Source: Candidatus Levyibacteriota bacterium
GTDB taxonomy: Bacteria; Patescibacteriota; Microgenomatia; Levybacterales; GWA1-39-11
Direction: 5' to 3'
DNA: 36,515 nt
Assembly: GCA_039738415.1 (NCBI GenBank)
Contig: JBCLLY010000007.1
Location: 1-36,515 of the forward strand
The stretch's first letter is position 1; each line of letters starts with the position of its first letter. Positions 16,525 to 25,100 of this stretch are shown here, piece by piece. The position numbers were made by a program, and so were the translations under genes. Under the pieces are notes generated by a model. It was not told where the DNA came from and searched no databases. It was given only the letters and a program-made list of their open reading frames with translations.

Positions 16525-17778
16525 ATGGAAAATAATTTGGTAAAAAGGATAAATACATGTAGGATTTGTAAATCGACTGATTTGGTTGATGTCATTGATT
16601 TAACAGACCAGCCTATCCCAAATGGATTTCTTACGAAGGAAGATTTAAAACAAAAAGAAGAAAAATATCCCCTCGTGGCTGCGTTTTGCAAGAACTGTTC
16701 TCTCATGCAATTAAGGTATTTAGTAAACCCAAAAGTAATGTTTCAAAATTATCTTTACATCCCCTCGGCTTCAAAAACCCGCGTGAACCATTTTAAAGAA
16801 CTTGCGGAAGAAGTAAAAAAACTTACAAATTTTAACGAAAAGTCACTGATAATTGATATCGGAAGTAACGATGGGAGCCTGCTTATCGCTTTTAAAAATC
16901 TTGGAGCAAGAACACTTGGAATAGACCCTGCCCAAAATTTGGTAAAGGTTGCAGCGCTTTCCGGAATAGAAACTGTAAATGATTATTTTGAATCTAAAGT
17001 TGCTGCAAGGATTGGGAAAAAATACGGAAAAGCAAAAGCAATTTTGGCGACAAATGTAATAGCTCACATTAACAACCTGCATGAAGTTATAAAGGGCGGA
17101 GAGATTTTACTTGAAACTGATGGTGTATTTTTGATGCAATTTCCATATTTACTTGATTTAATAGAGAAAAATCTTTTTGATACTATTTATCACGAACATT
17201 TATCATACTTTTCAGTAAAATCCCTAATGGTTCTTGCCAAGAATTCGGATTTGGAAATATTTGATATAGAGAAAAGCGATTTGGACGGGGGGTCTCTCAA
17301 GGTCTATTGGAAGAAGAAAACAAATAAGAAAAGAAAAATTAACCAAGAAGGAATAGATAAAATCCTTAAGGAAGAGGAAGAGTTTGGATTATATAAAATT
17401 GAAACTTATGAAAAATTTGCTAAAAGAATTAAAAAATTAAAAGATTATGCTGTTAAAAAGTTAAAAGATTTAAAAAAGAGGAATAAAACAATTGTCGGAT
17501 ACGGGGCTGCTGCAAAGGCAAATGTACTACTCAATTATTTCGGAATAGATAAAAAGACAATAGACTATATAGTTGACTCAACTCCATTTAAGCAGGGAAA
17601 ATACACTCCGGGCAGTCACATCCCTATTTACTCTGAGGATAAAATATACGAAACAAATCCTGATTACGTAATTATATTTGCGTGGAATTTTGCAAAAGAA
17701 ATTATGGAGAAGAACAAAAGGTATAAAAATAATGGAGGAAAATTTATCTTCATCGAGCCAGAATTTAGAATAGAATAA
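16525..17778 (+). CDS. NDP-sugar C-methyltransferase family protein (NovU/TcaB9/EryBIII-like)
   Basis: Zn motif CRIC...CKNC, DIGSNDG, FDTIYHEHLSYFS, GYGAAAK and KQGKYTPGSHIPI. Confidence 0.9.
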   Translation: MENNLVKRINTCRICKSTDLVDVIDLTDQPIPNGFLTKEDLKQKEEKYPLVAAFCKNCSLMQLRYLVNPKVMFQNYLYIPSASKTRVNHFKELAEEVKKLTNFNEKSLIIDIGSNDGSLLIAFKNLGARTLGIDPAQNLVKVAALSGIETVNDYFESKVAARIGKKYGKAKAILATNVIAHINNLHEVIKGGEILLETDGVFLMQFPYLLDLIEKNLFDTIYHEHLSYFSVKSLMVLAKNSDLEIFDIEKSDLDGGSLKVYWKKKTNKKRKINQEGIDKILKEEEEFGLYKIETYEKFAKRIKKLKDYAVKKLKDLKKRNKTIVGYGAAAKANVLLNYFGIDKKTIDYIVDSTPFKQGKYTPGSHIPIYSEDKIYETNPDYVIIFAWNFAKEIMEKNKRYKNNGGKFIFIEPEFRIE

Positions 17779-17788
17779 GGAATTTGTG

Positions 17789-17818
17789 TTTGTTTGAAAT
17801 CCTTTCAATTGAGTATAA
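17789..17818 (+). promoter_or_regulatory. Possible sigma70 promoter upstream of the microsatellite and the TrpR-like gene
   Basis: Perfect TATAAT (~17813-17818) with TTGTTT/TTGAAA candidates upstream. The spacing is non-optimal. Confidence 0.35.
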
Positions 17819-17899
17819 TTAACCCAGTTAAATAATTTTAAATTCGTCTATTTTTTTATTTGTTAAGTTTGATACATAAGAAATTCAACCCGTAAGTCT

Positions 17900-17955
17900 A
17901 AACAAACAAACAAACAAACAAACAAACAAACAAACAAACAAACAAACAAACAAAC
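17900..17955. repeat. Perfect tetranucleotide microsatellite (AAAC)14
   Basis: Counted 56 bp of uninterrupted AAAC units in the intergenic region. Confidence 0.97.
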
Positions 17956-17994
17956 AACATGTTCTGTATTATGTGTATGGTTTATAAGAATACT

Positions 17995-18027
17995 TACTTT
18001 GCTGCTACGTAGCATAGTAGCAAAGTA
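17995..18027. promoter_or_regulatory. Palindromic site, copy 1 (operator or recombination-site candidate)
   Basis: tactttgctgcta-cgtagca-tagtagcaaagta has 13-bp inverted arms (1 mismatch) around a 7-bp spacer and contains the perfect palindrome tgctacgtagca. Confidence 0.7.
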
Positions 18028-18058
18028 AAAAATATATTGGCTATATTGACTAACCAAA

Positions 18059-18568
18059 ATGAGTGCAATTTCAAAAAAGGAAAAAAGGGAATTGATCCTG
18101 GATTTGATACATGGATTTGTCTTGTGTAAAACTATTGATGAGGTCATAATTTTTCTTGAGGACCTCATAACAAAAAAGGAACTTGAGACTTTATCTAAAA
18201 GGCTGCGGATTGCGAAACTTTTGATAAAAGGCTATGATTACCGTGAAATTCAGGAGATTGTACACGCAAGTCACTCAACTATCGCTAAAATTTCTTACTG
18301 GCTTTCCGAAAGAGGTGAGGGTTTTAGACAAATAGTAAGGACACTTCCTAAAGAAAGTGCTAATCTAATTGATCCATTGGAATATGATGCATGGGCAGAT
18401 TTAAGGAAAAGGTATCCCGGATACTTTCTCCCTGAACTTATTATGGAAGGAATAGTGAAGAATAGATCGGGAAAGAAGCAGAAGAGGATATCAAGTTCCC
18501 TTAAAAATCTGGAAATATCTTTAAATAGAAAAAAAGCAATAGGTAAAGAAGTTGATAAACAATCCTAA
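18059..18568 (+). CDS. TrpR-like (YerC/YecD) HTH transcriptional regulator with a C-terminal extension
   Basis: FLEDLITKKELETLSKRLRIAKLL..G.DYREIQ...ASHSTIAKIS..L...GEGF matches the Trp repressor fold. Confidence 0.88.
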   Translation: MSAISKKEKRELILDLIHGFVLCKTIDEVIIFLEDLITKKELETLSKRLRIAKLLIKGYDYREIQEIVHASHSTIAKISYWLSERGEGFRQIVRTLPKESANLIDPLEYDAWADLRKRYPGYFLPELIMEGIVKNRSGKKQKRISSSLKNLEISLNRKKAIGKEVDKQS

Positions 18569-18573
18569 GACTA

Positions 18574-18705
18574 CTTCAATTTACCTTACTCTTTACCCCG
18601 CATCCCAATGCCCCGACACGCTTCGCCAAGTCAGACTTGGCTTCGCAAAGCTACAGCGAGGCGAGCCGTAAGGTCGTGGGAGCTTCAATTTACCTTACTC
18701 TCTAC
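18574..18705. repeat. Direct repeat (19 bp perfect, 22/23 extended) bracketing a GC-rich insert
   Basis: cttcaatttaccttactct at 18574-18592 and 18683-18701. Confidence 0.9.
18592..18683. mobile_element. GC-rich MITE/REP-like element, copy A, with a nested 28-bp insertion
   Basis: Aligns to the reverse complement of 35497-35560 in blocks of 32/35, 9/9 and 13/15. The extra segment contains the hairpin gccaagtc-a-gacttggc. Confidence 0.75.
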
Positions 18706-18706
18706 T

Positions 18707-18736
18707 TTACTTTGCTGCTACGTAGCACAGTAGCAA
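18707..18736. promoter_or_regulatory. Palindromic site, copy 2
   Basis: ttactttgctgctacgtagcacagtagcaa is 29/30 identical to 17994-18023, in the same orientation, ~70 bp upstream of ATG 18805. Confidence 0.7.
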
Positions 18737-18804
18737 GCTGTTAGCAAATCGGTCTAGCAGAAATTGGAGTTTAATTTAAAGAGATGAAACTGTACAATTA
18801 AGAC

Positions 18805-19338
18805 ATGAAAATAGGAATTGATATCAGCCAGCTTGCCTATCCAAATATCGGGGTTGCGAATTATCTGTGGAATTTGGTTAAGGCGTTGGTTGAGGAAAAT
18901 AAGGATATCGAATTTGTATTGTTTTTCAGCTCTCTCAGAAGGAGTATCCAGTATCCAGTATCCAGTATTCAGTATAAGAATGTAACTATAAGAAGATTCA
19001 GGATTCCGCCGACAATTTTAGATTTATTGTGGAATAGGCTTCATATAGCACCAATTGAGTGGTTTGTGGGAGACGTTGATGTATTCATAACCTCAGACTG
19101 GACAGAGCCCCCAGTAAGACAAGCTAAGAAAGCGACCATTATCTATGATCTAATCGTCTATAAACACCCTGAAGAAACGGACAAAAAAATTGTTCAAACA
19201 CAAAAAAGAAAATTAAATTGGGTTAAGAAGGAAGCAGATTCTATTATTTGTATTTCTCAGTCAACTAAAAACGATGTAATAGAAATATTAGGCATTGATG
19301 ATAAAAAAGTAAGTGTTATTTATCCAGGGCTATTATGA
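18805..19338 (+). CDS. GT4 N-terminal domain only (truncated or stand-alone)
   Basis: MKIGIDIS...GVANY...TIIYDL...IICISQSTKND...VIYPG and then a stop. There is no EGFG-containing C-domain. Confidence 0.75.
   Translation: MKIGIDISQLAYPNIGVANYLWNLVKALVEENKDIEFVLFFSSLRRSIQYPVSSIQYKNVTIRRFRIPPTILDLLWNRLHIAPIEWFVGDVDVFITSDWTEPPVRQAKKATIIYDLIVYKHPEETDKKIVQTQKRKLNWVKKEADSIICISQSTKNDVIEILGIDDKKVSVIYPGLL
18943..18977 (+). repeat. In-frame heptamer array (AGTATCC)3 AGTATTC AGTATAA
   Basis: Encodes SIQYPVSSIQYK. Confidence 0.9.
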
Positions 19339-20516
19339 AGATTGGAATAAATGGTTTTGAAGCAGTTGTGCCGAGGTTTGGATATGATAAGACAACAGGT
19401 CTTCCAAACCGCGTAGGGAGTAGTGAAGTTTGTTTCCAGCTTCTTAATCAATTTTCAAAAATTGATAAAAAAAATGAGTATATAGTTTATTTACCTCAAA
19501 AACCAACGGAGGACATGCCAAAAGAAAATGATAATTGGAAGTACGAAGTTATACCAAATACTAAGCTCTGGACAATATTTGGTTTAAACAGAAAATTAAT
19601 TACAAATTCAAAATTGGATGTATTTTTTTCGTCCACTCATTATGGCCCGCTTTATACTCATTGCCCTCAAGTAATTTCAATTCTTGACGTTTCGTACAAA
19701 TATTTTCCCGAGATGTTCCGCAGAATTGATCTTTTAAAGCTTGCACTTTGGGGCAAGTACTCGATTAAAAAAGCCCAAAAAATAATTACGATAAGTGATA
19801 GCTCTAAGAATGATATAATTAATGAATACAATATTGACCCGAGAAAAATAAGCGTGGTTTACCCGGGTCTAAAATTCGAAGTTCAAAATCATAAATCCGA
19901 AATAAATTCAAAACTTAAAATGCAAAATTCAAAACTACTAAAAGAGAAATATAACATTAATTCTCCTTACATTTTGTTCGTAGGTACACTTCAGCCTAGA
20001 AAGAATATTGTTCGGCTTGTAGAGGCGTTTGCGGAACTTACAACTAAAAACCTAAAACTTAAAAGTGATTTGGATTTGGTTATTGTTGGAAGACGCGGGT
20101 GGAATTATGAGGAAATTCTGGAAGCTCCGAAAAAGTTTGGAGTTGAGAAAAAAGTGCGTTTCATAGAGAATGTTACAGATAACGATTTACCTACATTCTA
20201 TAAGAACGCGGATGTTTTTGTGTTACCCAGTCTTTATGAAGGGTTTGGATTGCCGGTTTTGGAAGCTATGCGCTACGGGTGCCCTGTTTTAACAAGTAAT
20301 ATTTCTTCACTACCCGAGGCAGGAGGAGATGCTGCCATTTATTTTAATCCAAATGATACAAATGACATTGCTGACAAAATAAATAAAGTTTTGGGAGATG
20401 AAAAATTGAGAGAGGAAATGATTGAAAAAGGTTACGAGCAGGTAAAAAAATTTTCTTGGGAAAAGAGCGCGAGAGAGGTTTTGCAGGTTTTAGAGGAAAC
20501 AGTAAAGCCAGTATAG
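19335..20516 (+). CDS. GT4 glycosyltransferase (MtfB/WbdB mannosyltransferase-like)
   Basis: FVGTLQPRKN, PSLYEGFGLPVLEAM and FSWEKSA. Confidence 0.93.
   Translation: MKIGINGFEAVVPRFGYDKTTGLPNRVGSSEVCFQLLNQFSKIDKKNEYIVYLPQKPTEDMPKENDNWKYEVIPNTKLWTIFGLNRKLITNSKLDVFFSSTHYGPLYTHCPQVISILDVSYKYFPEMFRRIDLLKLALWGKYSIKKAQKIITISDSSKNDIINEYNIDPRKISVVYPGLKFEVQNHKSEINSKLKMQNSKLLKEKYNINSPYILFVGTLQPRKNIVRLVEAFAELTTKNLKLKSDLDLVIVGRRGWNYEEILEAPKKFGVEKKVRFIENVTDNDLPTFYKNADVFVLPSLYEGFGLPVLEAMRYGCPVLTSNISSLPEAGGDAAIYFNPNDTNDIADKINKVLGDEKLREEMIEKGYEQVKKFSWEKSAREVLQVLEETVKPV
19872..19938 (+). repeat. In-frame degenerate heptamer array in the GT4 inter-domain linker
   Basis: aaattcg aagttca aaatcat aaatccg aaat aaattca aaactta aaatgca aaattca aaactac. 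Confidence 0.75.
20035..20069 (+). repeat. In-frame degenerate heptamer array
   Basis: aacttac aactaaa aacctaa aacttaa aagtgat, encoding LTTKNLKLKSD. Confidence 0.6.
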
Positions 20517-20578
20517 AGTATAGAGTATAGAGCATTGAGTAGAATTCTATACAGAATACAGAATACAGAATACAAACT
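20510..20578 (+). repeat. Two heptamer arrays filling the intergenic space: (AGTATAG)3 plus 2 degenerate units, and (ACAGAAT)3 plus 1
   Basis: Read directly. The first unit contains the upstream stop TAG, and the last ends 1 nt before ATG 20580. Confidence 0.9.
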
Positions 20579-20579
20579 T

Positions 20580-21134
20580 ATGTTAAATAAAATGATTAAT
20601 AGAATAAATACGGTTTTATTAGAATTTGAGAATCTGATTTTAAAAATTGTCGGAGTGGTTCCTTCCCACTTCTTCCGGAGGTTTTTTTATAGAGTATCCG
20701 GGATGAAGATTGGGGCAGGCTCGACTATTCATACAGGGGCAGTGTTTTATGATGCAGGCAATATCACAATTGGAAAAGATACAATAATTGGAGAAAATGC
20801 TGTTTTTGACGGACGGGAAAAAATAAACATCGGAAATCACGTCGATTTTGCATCGGAGGTTATGATTTATAATTCCCAGCATGATATACAAAGCGATGAC
20901 TTTGGAGTAATATCTGAGCCGGTTGTTATAAAGGACTATGTATTTATAGGTCCGAGGGCGATTATTTTGCCGGGTGTTACAATCGGACGTGGTGCGGTTG
21001 TTGCTGCAGGTGCGGTAGTTACAAGAAATGTAGGAGATTTTGAAATCGTAGGTGGAGTACCCGCAAAAGTAATTGGAGAGCGCAAATTAAAAGATCCTAA
21101 GTACGAACTTGGCAGGGCTGCTTGGTTTAGGTGA
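20580..21134 (+). CDS. Hexapeptide-repeat O-acyltransferase (maltose/galactoside acetyltransferase-like)
   Basis: LbH repeats, NSQHD, GAVVAAGAVVT and GGVPAKVI. The TTG start at 20535 only adds repeat-derived residues. Confidence 0.9.
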   Translation: MLNKMINRINTVLLEFENLILKIVGVVPSHFFRRFFYRVSGMKIGAGSTIHTGAVFYDAGNITIGKDTIIGENAVFDGREKINIGNHVDFASEVMIYNSQHDIQSDDFGVISEPVVIKDYVFIGPRAIILPGVTIGRGAVVAAGAVVTRNVGDFEIVGGVPAKVIGERKLKDPKYELGRAAWFR

Positions 21135-21293
21135 GTATTGAGTATTCAGTATTGAGTATTCAGTATAGAAAACATTAAGAGATTAACGTATTAACAACAA
21201 ATTAAAATATTAACAAGTTAACAAATTTTAAATTATAGTAAATTAGTACAGGGGGGTTAATCTTTTAGTTTTTTAATTTTTTAATTTTTTAAT
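21133..21293. repeat. Intergenic composite: 5 heptamers, then inverted 8-bp-period arrays
   Basis: gagtatt gagtatt cagtatt gagtatt cagtata (21133-21167); ATTAAC-type 8-mers (~21172-21225); inverted gttaatct tttagttt tttaattt tttaattt tttaat (21256-21293). Confidence 0.8.
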
Positions 21294-21297
21294 AAAT

Positions 21298-22155
21298 ATG
21301 ATTTCACTTATAATTCTCACCTACAACTCCTCAGAATATATAGACGAACTTCTTAGTGGAATTATCAAAAAATTTTCTACTGAATTAGAAAACAAAGATC
21401 TAGAAATAATTGTTGCTGATAATTTGTCTCTGGATGATACTTTGAAAAAAGTAGAAAAGTTTAGGGATAAAATAAAAATTGTACAAAATGGCGGTAACTT
21501 CGGTTATGCAAAGGGAAATAATTTAGCTACTAAAAAAGCCAGCGGGGAGGTTTTAATTTTTATGAATCCTGACGCAAAGTTTATCGGTGGAGATATTTTC
21601 AGTTTGGTTTCCAAATTTGAGAACGAAAAGATCGGGATAGTTGGAGGAAAAATTATGGCGTTAAGTGGAAAACCCGAGCTTTCCTGTGGAAAATTTTATA
21701 AAGTATTTAATACTTTTTTACTCGCACTTGGTCTGGAGGAAAAATTTGGAGTTCGTTTTTCGCCAAAAAAGGAGAGAAGCGTCGATTTTGTGAGCGGAGC
21801 ATTTCTTGCAATACGTCGCAGTTTATTTGAAAAATTAAATGGGTTTGATGAGAACTATTTTATGTACGTTGAGGATTCGGATTTGTGCTATAGGACAAAA
21901 AAGGCGGGATTTATCACTTTGTTTTCTCCTCTTGCAACAATTCAACACGTAGGGCAGGGAAGTTCAAATAGAAATTTTGCGGTTATAAATATTTACAAAG
22001 GGTTAATGTATTTTAATAGAAAAAACGGGAATTATTTTTCCTATAATCTGGTAAGACTTATACTTATAAGTAAAGCCAAGTTGCTTGTAAAGATGGGGAA
22101 AATATTGAATAATAAATACTTAACCGACACCTATAGTTCGGTTGGAAATTTATGA
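21298..22155 (+). CDS. GT2 glycosyltransferase (WbbL rhamnosyltransferase-like)
   Basis: NFGYAKGNN, FMNPD, VSGAFL and GFDENYFMYVEDSDLC. Confidence 0.92.
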   Translation: MISLIILTYNSSEYIDELLSGIIKKFSTELENKDLEIIVADNLSLDDTLKKVEKFRDKIKIVQNGGNFGYAKGNNLATKKASGEVLIFMNPDAKFIGGDIFSLVSKFENEKIGIVGGKIMALSGKPELSCGKFYKVFNTFLLALGLEEKFGVRFSPKKERSVDFVSGAFLAIRRSLFEKLNGFDENYFMYVEDSDLCYRTKKAGFITLFSPLATIQHVGQGSSNRNFAVINIYKGLMYFNRKNGNYFSYNLVRLILISKAKLLVKMGKILNNKYLTDTYSSVGNL

Positions 22156-25100
22156 AAAAAATAATTGCGTGGATTGGTAATAATGCATTATTTTTATCAA
22201 CACTTTTTCTGCTTGCATTTATTCCTCTTTATCCAAAGCTTCCACTTATTGATATTAAAAATACTTGGGTATATGTTAGAGCAGAGGATTTTTTCGTATT
22301 CTTTGTTCTGATAATTTGGCTTGTTTACATCCTAAAAAAAAGAATTACTTTCAGAACCCCTCTTACGATACCAATACTTTTCTTTTGGGTAGTTGGGGCG
22401 GTTGCGACAATTCATGGAATAATTATAATTTTTCCAAACACGGCAAATGTATTTCCAAATGTTGCTTTTTTGAGTTACCTGCGTCATATAGAGTATTTGA
22501 GCGTATTTTTTGTGGCTTTTGCGGGCATGCGTGATAAGAAATTTCTAAAAATTGTTATTGCAGTTTTAATACTAACTCTTCTCGGGGTAATTTTATATGG
22601 ATTTGGACAACGGTACTTAGGATTTCCTGCATATTTAACAATGAACGAAGAGTTTGCCAAAGGAATTCCGATACAGCTTTCTTCTCTTTCCCGTGTTCCT
22701 TCTACCTTTGCCGGACATTACGATCTTGCAGCTTATCTTGTACTAATACTTCCGATAATTGGAAGCCTTATCTTTGGATTTAGAAATTGGTTTATGAAAA
22801 TATTTTTGGGTATCTGTGTTGTTCTTGGTGTTGTTCTATTATTTATGACGGTATCTAGGGTATCGTTTTTTGTTTTGCTAATTTCTTTTCTCATTGTTCT
22901 ATTTTTCCACAAGAAAAGATTTGTGTTTTATTCAATTCCGGTTGTTGCGGTTCTTGCTATTGTGTTCTTCTCATTTCTATCAACTACTCTTCTGGATAGA
23001 TTTGGCAGTACGGTACGAGAGATAAATGTATTGGTAGATGCGAAAACGGGCGCAGCAATAGGGCACGTGCAGTATGTTCCGCCGGAGTATTTTGCAGATA
23101 AAATAATAGGGCAGCAAAATGTAGCAGGTAAAGAGCAGCTGGATATTGTTTTGGGCGGTGATATAGATGGAGATTCTTCGGCAACCCCCTCAGCATTGTT
23201 GCCGCAGGCACTTTTTTTCGAACAAACGCCATTAGTGGTTGATACAAACATTTCAACCGGTGAGAATCTACCACAGGGAACCGGGTATATTAATCTGTCT
23301 CTTTCTCCTCTGGATAGAAAGCTGGGAAGTTTTTTCTATGAGCAGACAACACGGGCAGGTGCAAGTGTTTCTGCGCAAGTTGTTATATTCCATGGAGATT
23401 TTTTGGTTAAAAGGGTTGCCGCGTATGATCTTTCTTTCACTACAAGATTTCAAGGAGGTTGGCCAAATGCGATAGAGGCTTTTGTAAAAAATATTTTTCT
23501 GGGAAGCGGGTATGGGTCAGTGAGTCTTGCAGTGGATAATAACTATCTCCGGGTATTGGGTGAAATAGGGATAATTGGACTTATGTCATTTGTAGGGATT
23601 TTTGTAGTTCTGGGGCTATATATAAAGAAGATGTTGCCGAAAACTAACTCAAAAATCTTAAGAAGTTTTGTGTTGGGGTATTGTGCAGGGGTAATAGGAC
23701 TTGCCCTGAACGCTTCCTTGATTGACGTTTTTGAAGCGTCTAAAATTGCATTTGTACTGTGGCTTCTAACCGGAGTAGTGGTTGGATTGCTTTCACTCTA
23801 TCAAACAAAAGAAAGCAATCTTTTCGAAACGCTTAAAAAAGCATTATTATCACCATATTCTGTAATAATATTTATCTTTATTCTTACATTTACAATATAT
23901 CTTCCAATACTAAATAATTATTTTATAGGCGACGATTTTACTTGGTTCCGCTGGGCAGCGGATTGTAATATTGGAAGCATTAGTCAATGTTCCAGTATGT
24001 TTGAAAGAATTGCTCAATACTTTACCAGCTCAGATGGGTTTTTCTACCGTCCCGGAACAAAAGTTTATTTTCTATTAATGTATTCAACATTTTGGCTAAA
24101 TCAGGTAGTATTTCACGCGGTATCTATTTTTCTTCATTTTCTTGTTGCTGTCCTTTTCTTTTTTCTTGCAAAAAAGATTTTAAAAAGCAATGCAATGGCA
24201 ATTATCGCAAGTGCGCTTTTTGTAATTATGAGTGGATACTCAGAAATTGTACTTTGGATTTCTGCTACCGGTCATTTGTTTAACGCGGTATTTATCTTAG
24301 CCTCTCTTTTAACCTTTATTTTATGGGAGGAGAAGAAAAAACTGGTATTTTACCTGTTTTCAATATTATTTATATTTTTAAGCACACTATTTCACGAGAT
24401 GGGAGTTATTGCGCCCCTTCTTATCGTTTTGTATAAAATGACAAAAGATTATAATTTTTCTCTGAAGTGGATATTTAAAAGAGTTGACTATCTCATTCTT
24501 TTCATACCCGTTATAACTTACCTTGCTATGCGGTTTTTTGCACAAAGTCATTGGTACGGAGGAGATTATAGTTATAATTTACTAAAATTACCTTTCAACT
24601 TTTTAGGTAATTTGGCTGGATATTTTGCGCTTTCGGTTATGGGTAGCGTTGTTCTTCCTTTCTACCAGGTATTACGTGATAGTTTGAGAGAGAATATAGG
24701 GATAACCCTAATAGCGGTTTCAATATTAATACTCGTATCCTACTTACTTTACAGACTATTTCTAAGGCGAATTGATAGAGAAAGCAGGAGAATACTTATT
24801 TTTGGATTTTGCTTCTTTGCCATTTCCCTACTCCCATTTTTGGCTTTAGGAAATATAACCTCTAGATATAGCTATCTAGCATCTTTAGGAATTATTATAG
24901 TTATTGTCTTTTTCGGTAATAAGCTTTATCTTGGTCTCCGCTCCCATGGAGCGGATATTGCTATAGGGAGTATGGCCGTTGTTTTAGCAGTTTTCTCGCT
25001 CTTACACATAATTCAATTGCAGCAATCGCGTACAGACTGGAAAACTGCGGGAAATAAAATCGAGAAATTTTTTGTATCCATAGATTCTCTATACCAAAAC

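Noticed and set aside
17863-18168. Minus-strand ORF containing VCLFVCLF repeats
   Set aside because: It is the translation of the AAAC microsatellite and overlaps the TrpR-like gene antisense.
17994-18736. CRISPR array or integron attC interpretation of the ~30-bp repeats
   Set aside because: There are only two copies, 713 bp apart. No cas or integrase gene is present, and there are no RYYYAAC/GTTRRRY ends.
20535-20579. N-terminal extension SRILYRIQNTEYK of the acyltransferase
   Set aside because: It is encoded by heptamer repeats from a TTG codon. ATG 20580 (or 20592) is the more plausible start.
21249-21260. caggggggttaa, similar to cagggggttaa at 35487-35497
   Set aside because: The match is too short to support shared origin or a poly-G phase switch.
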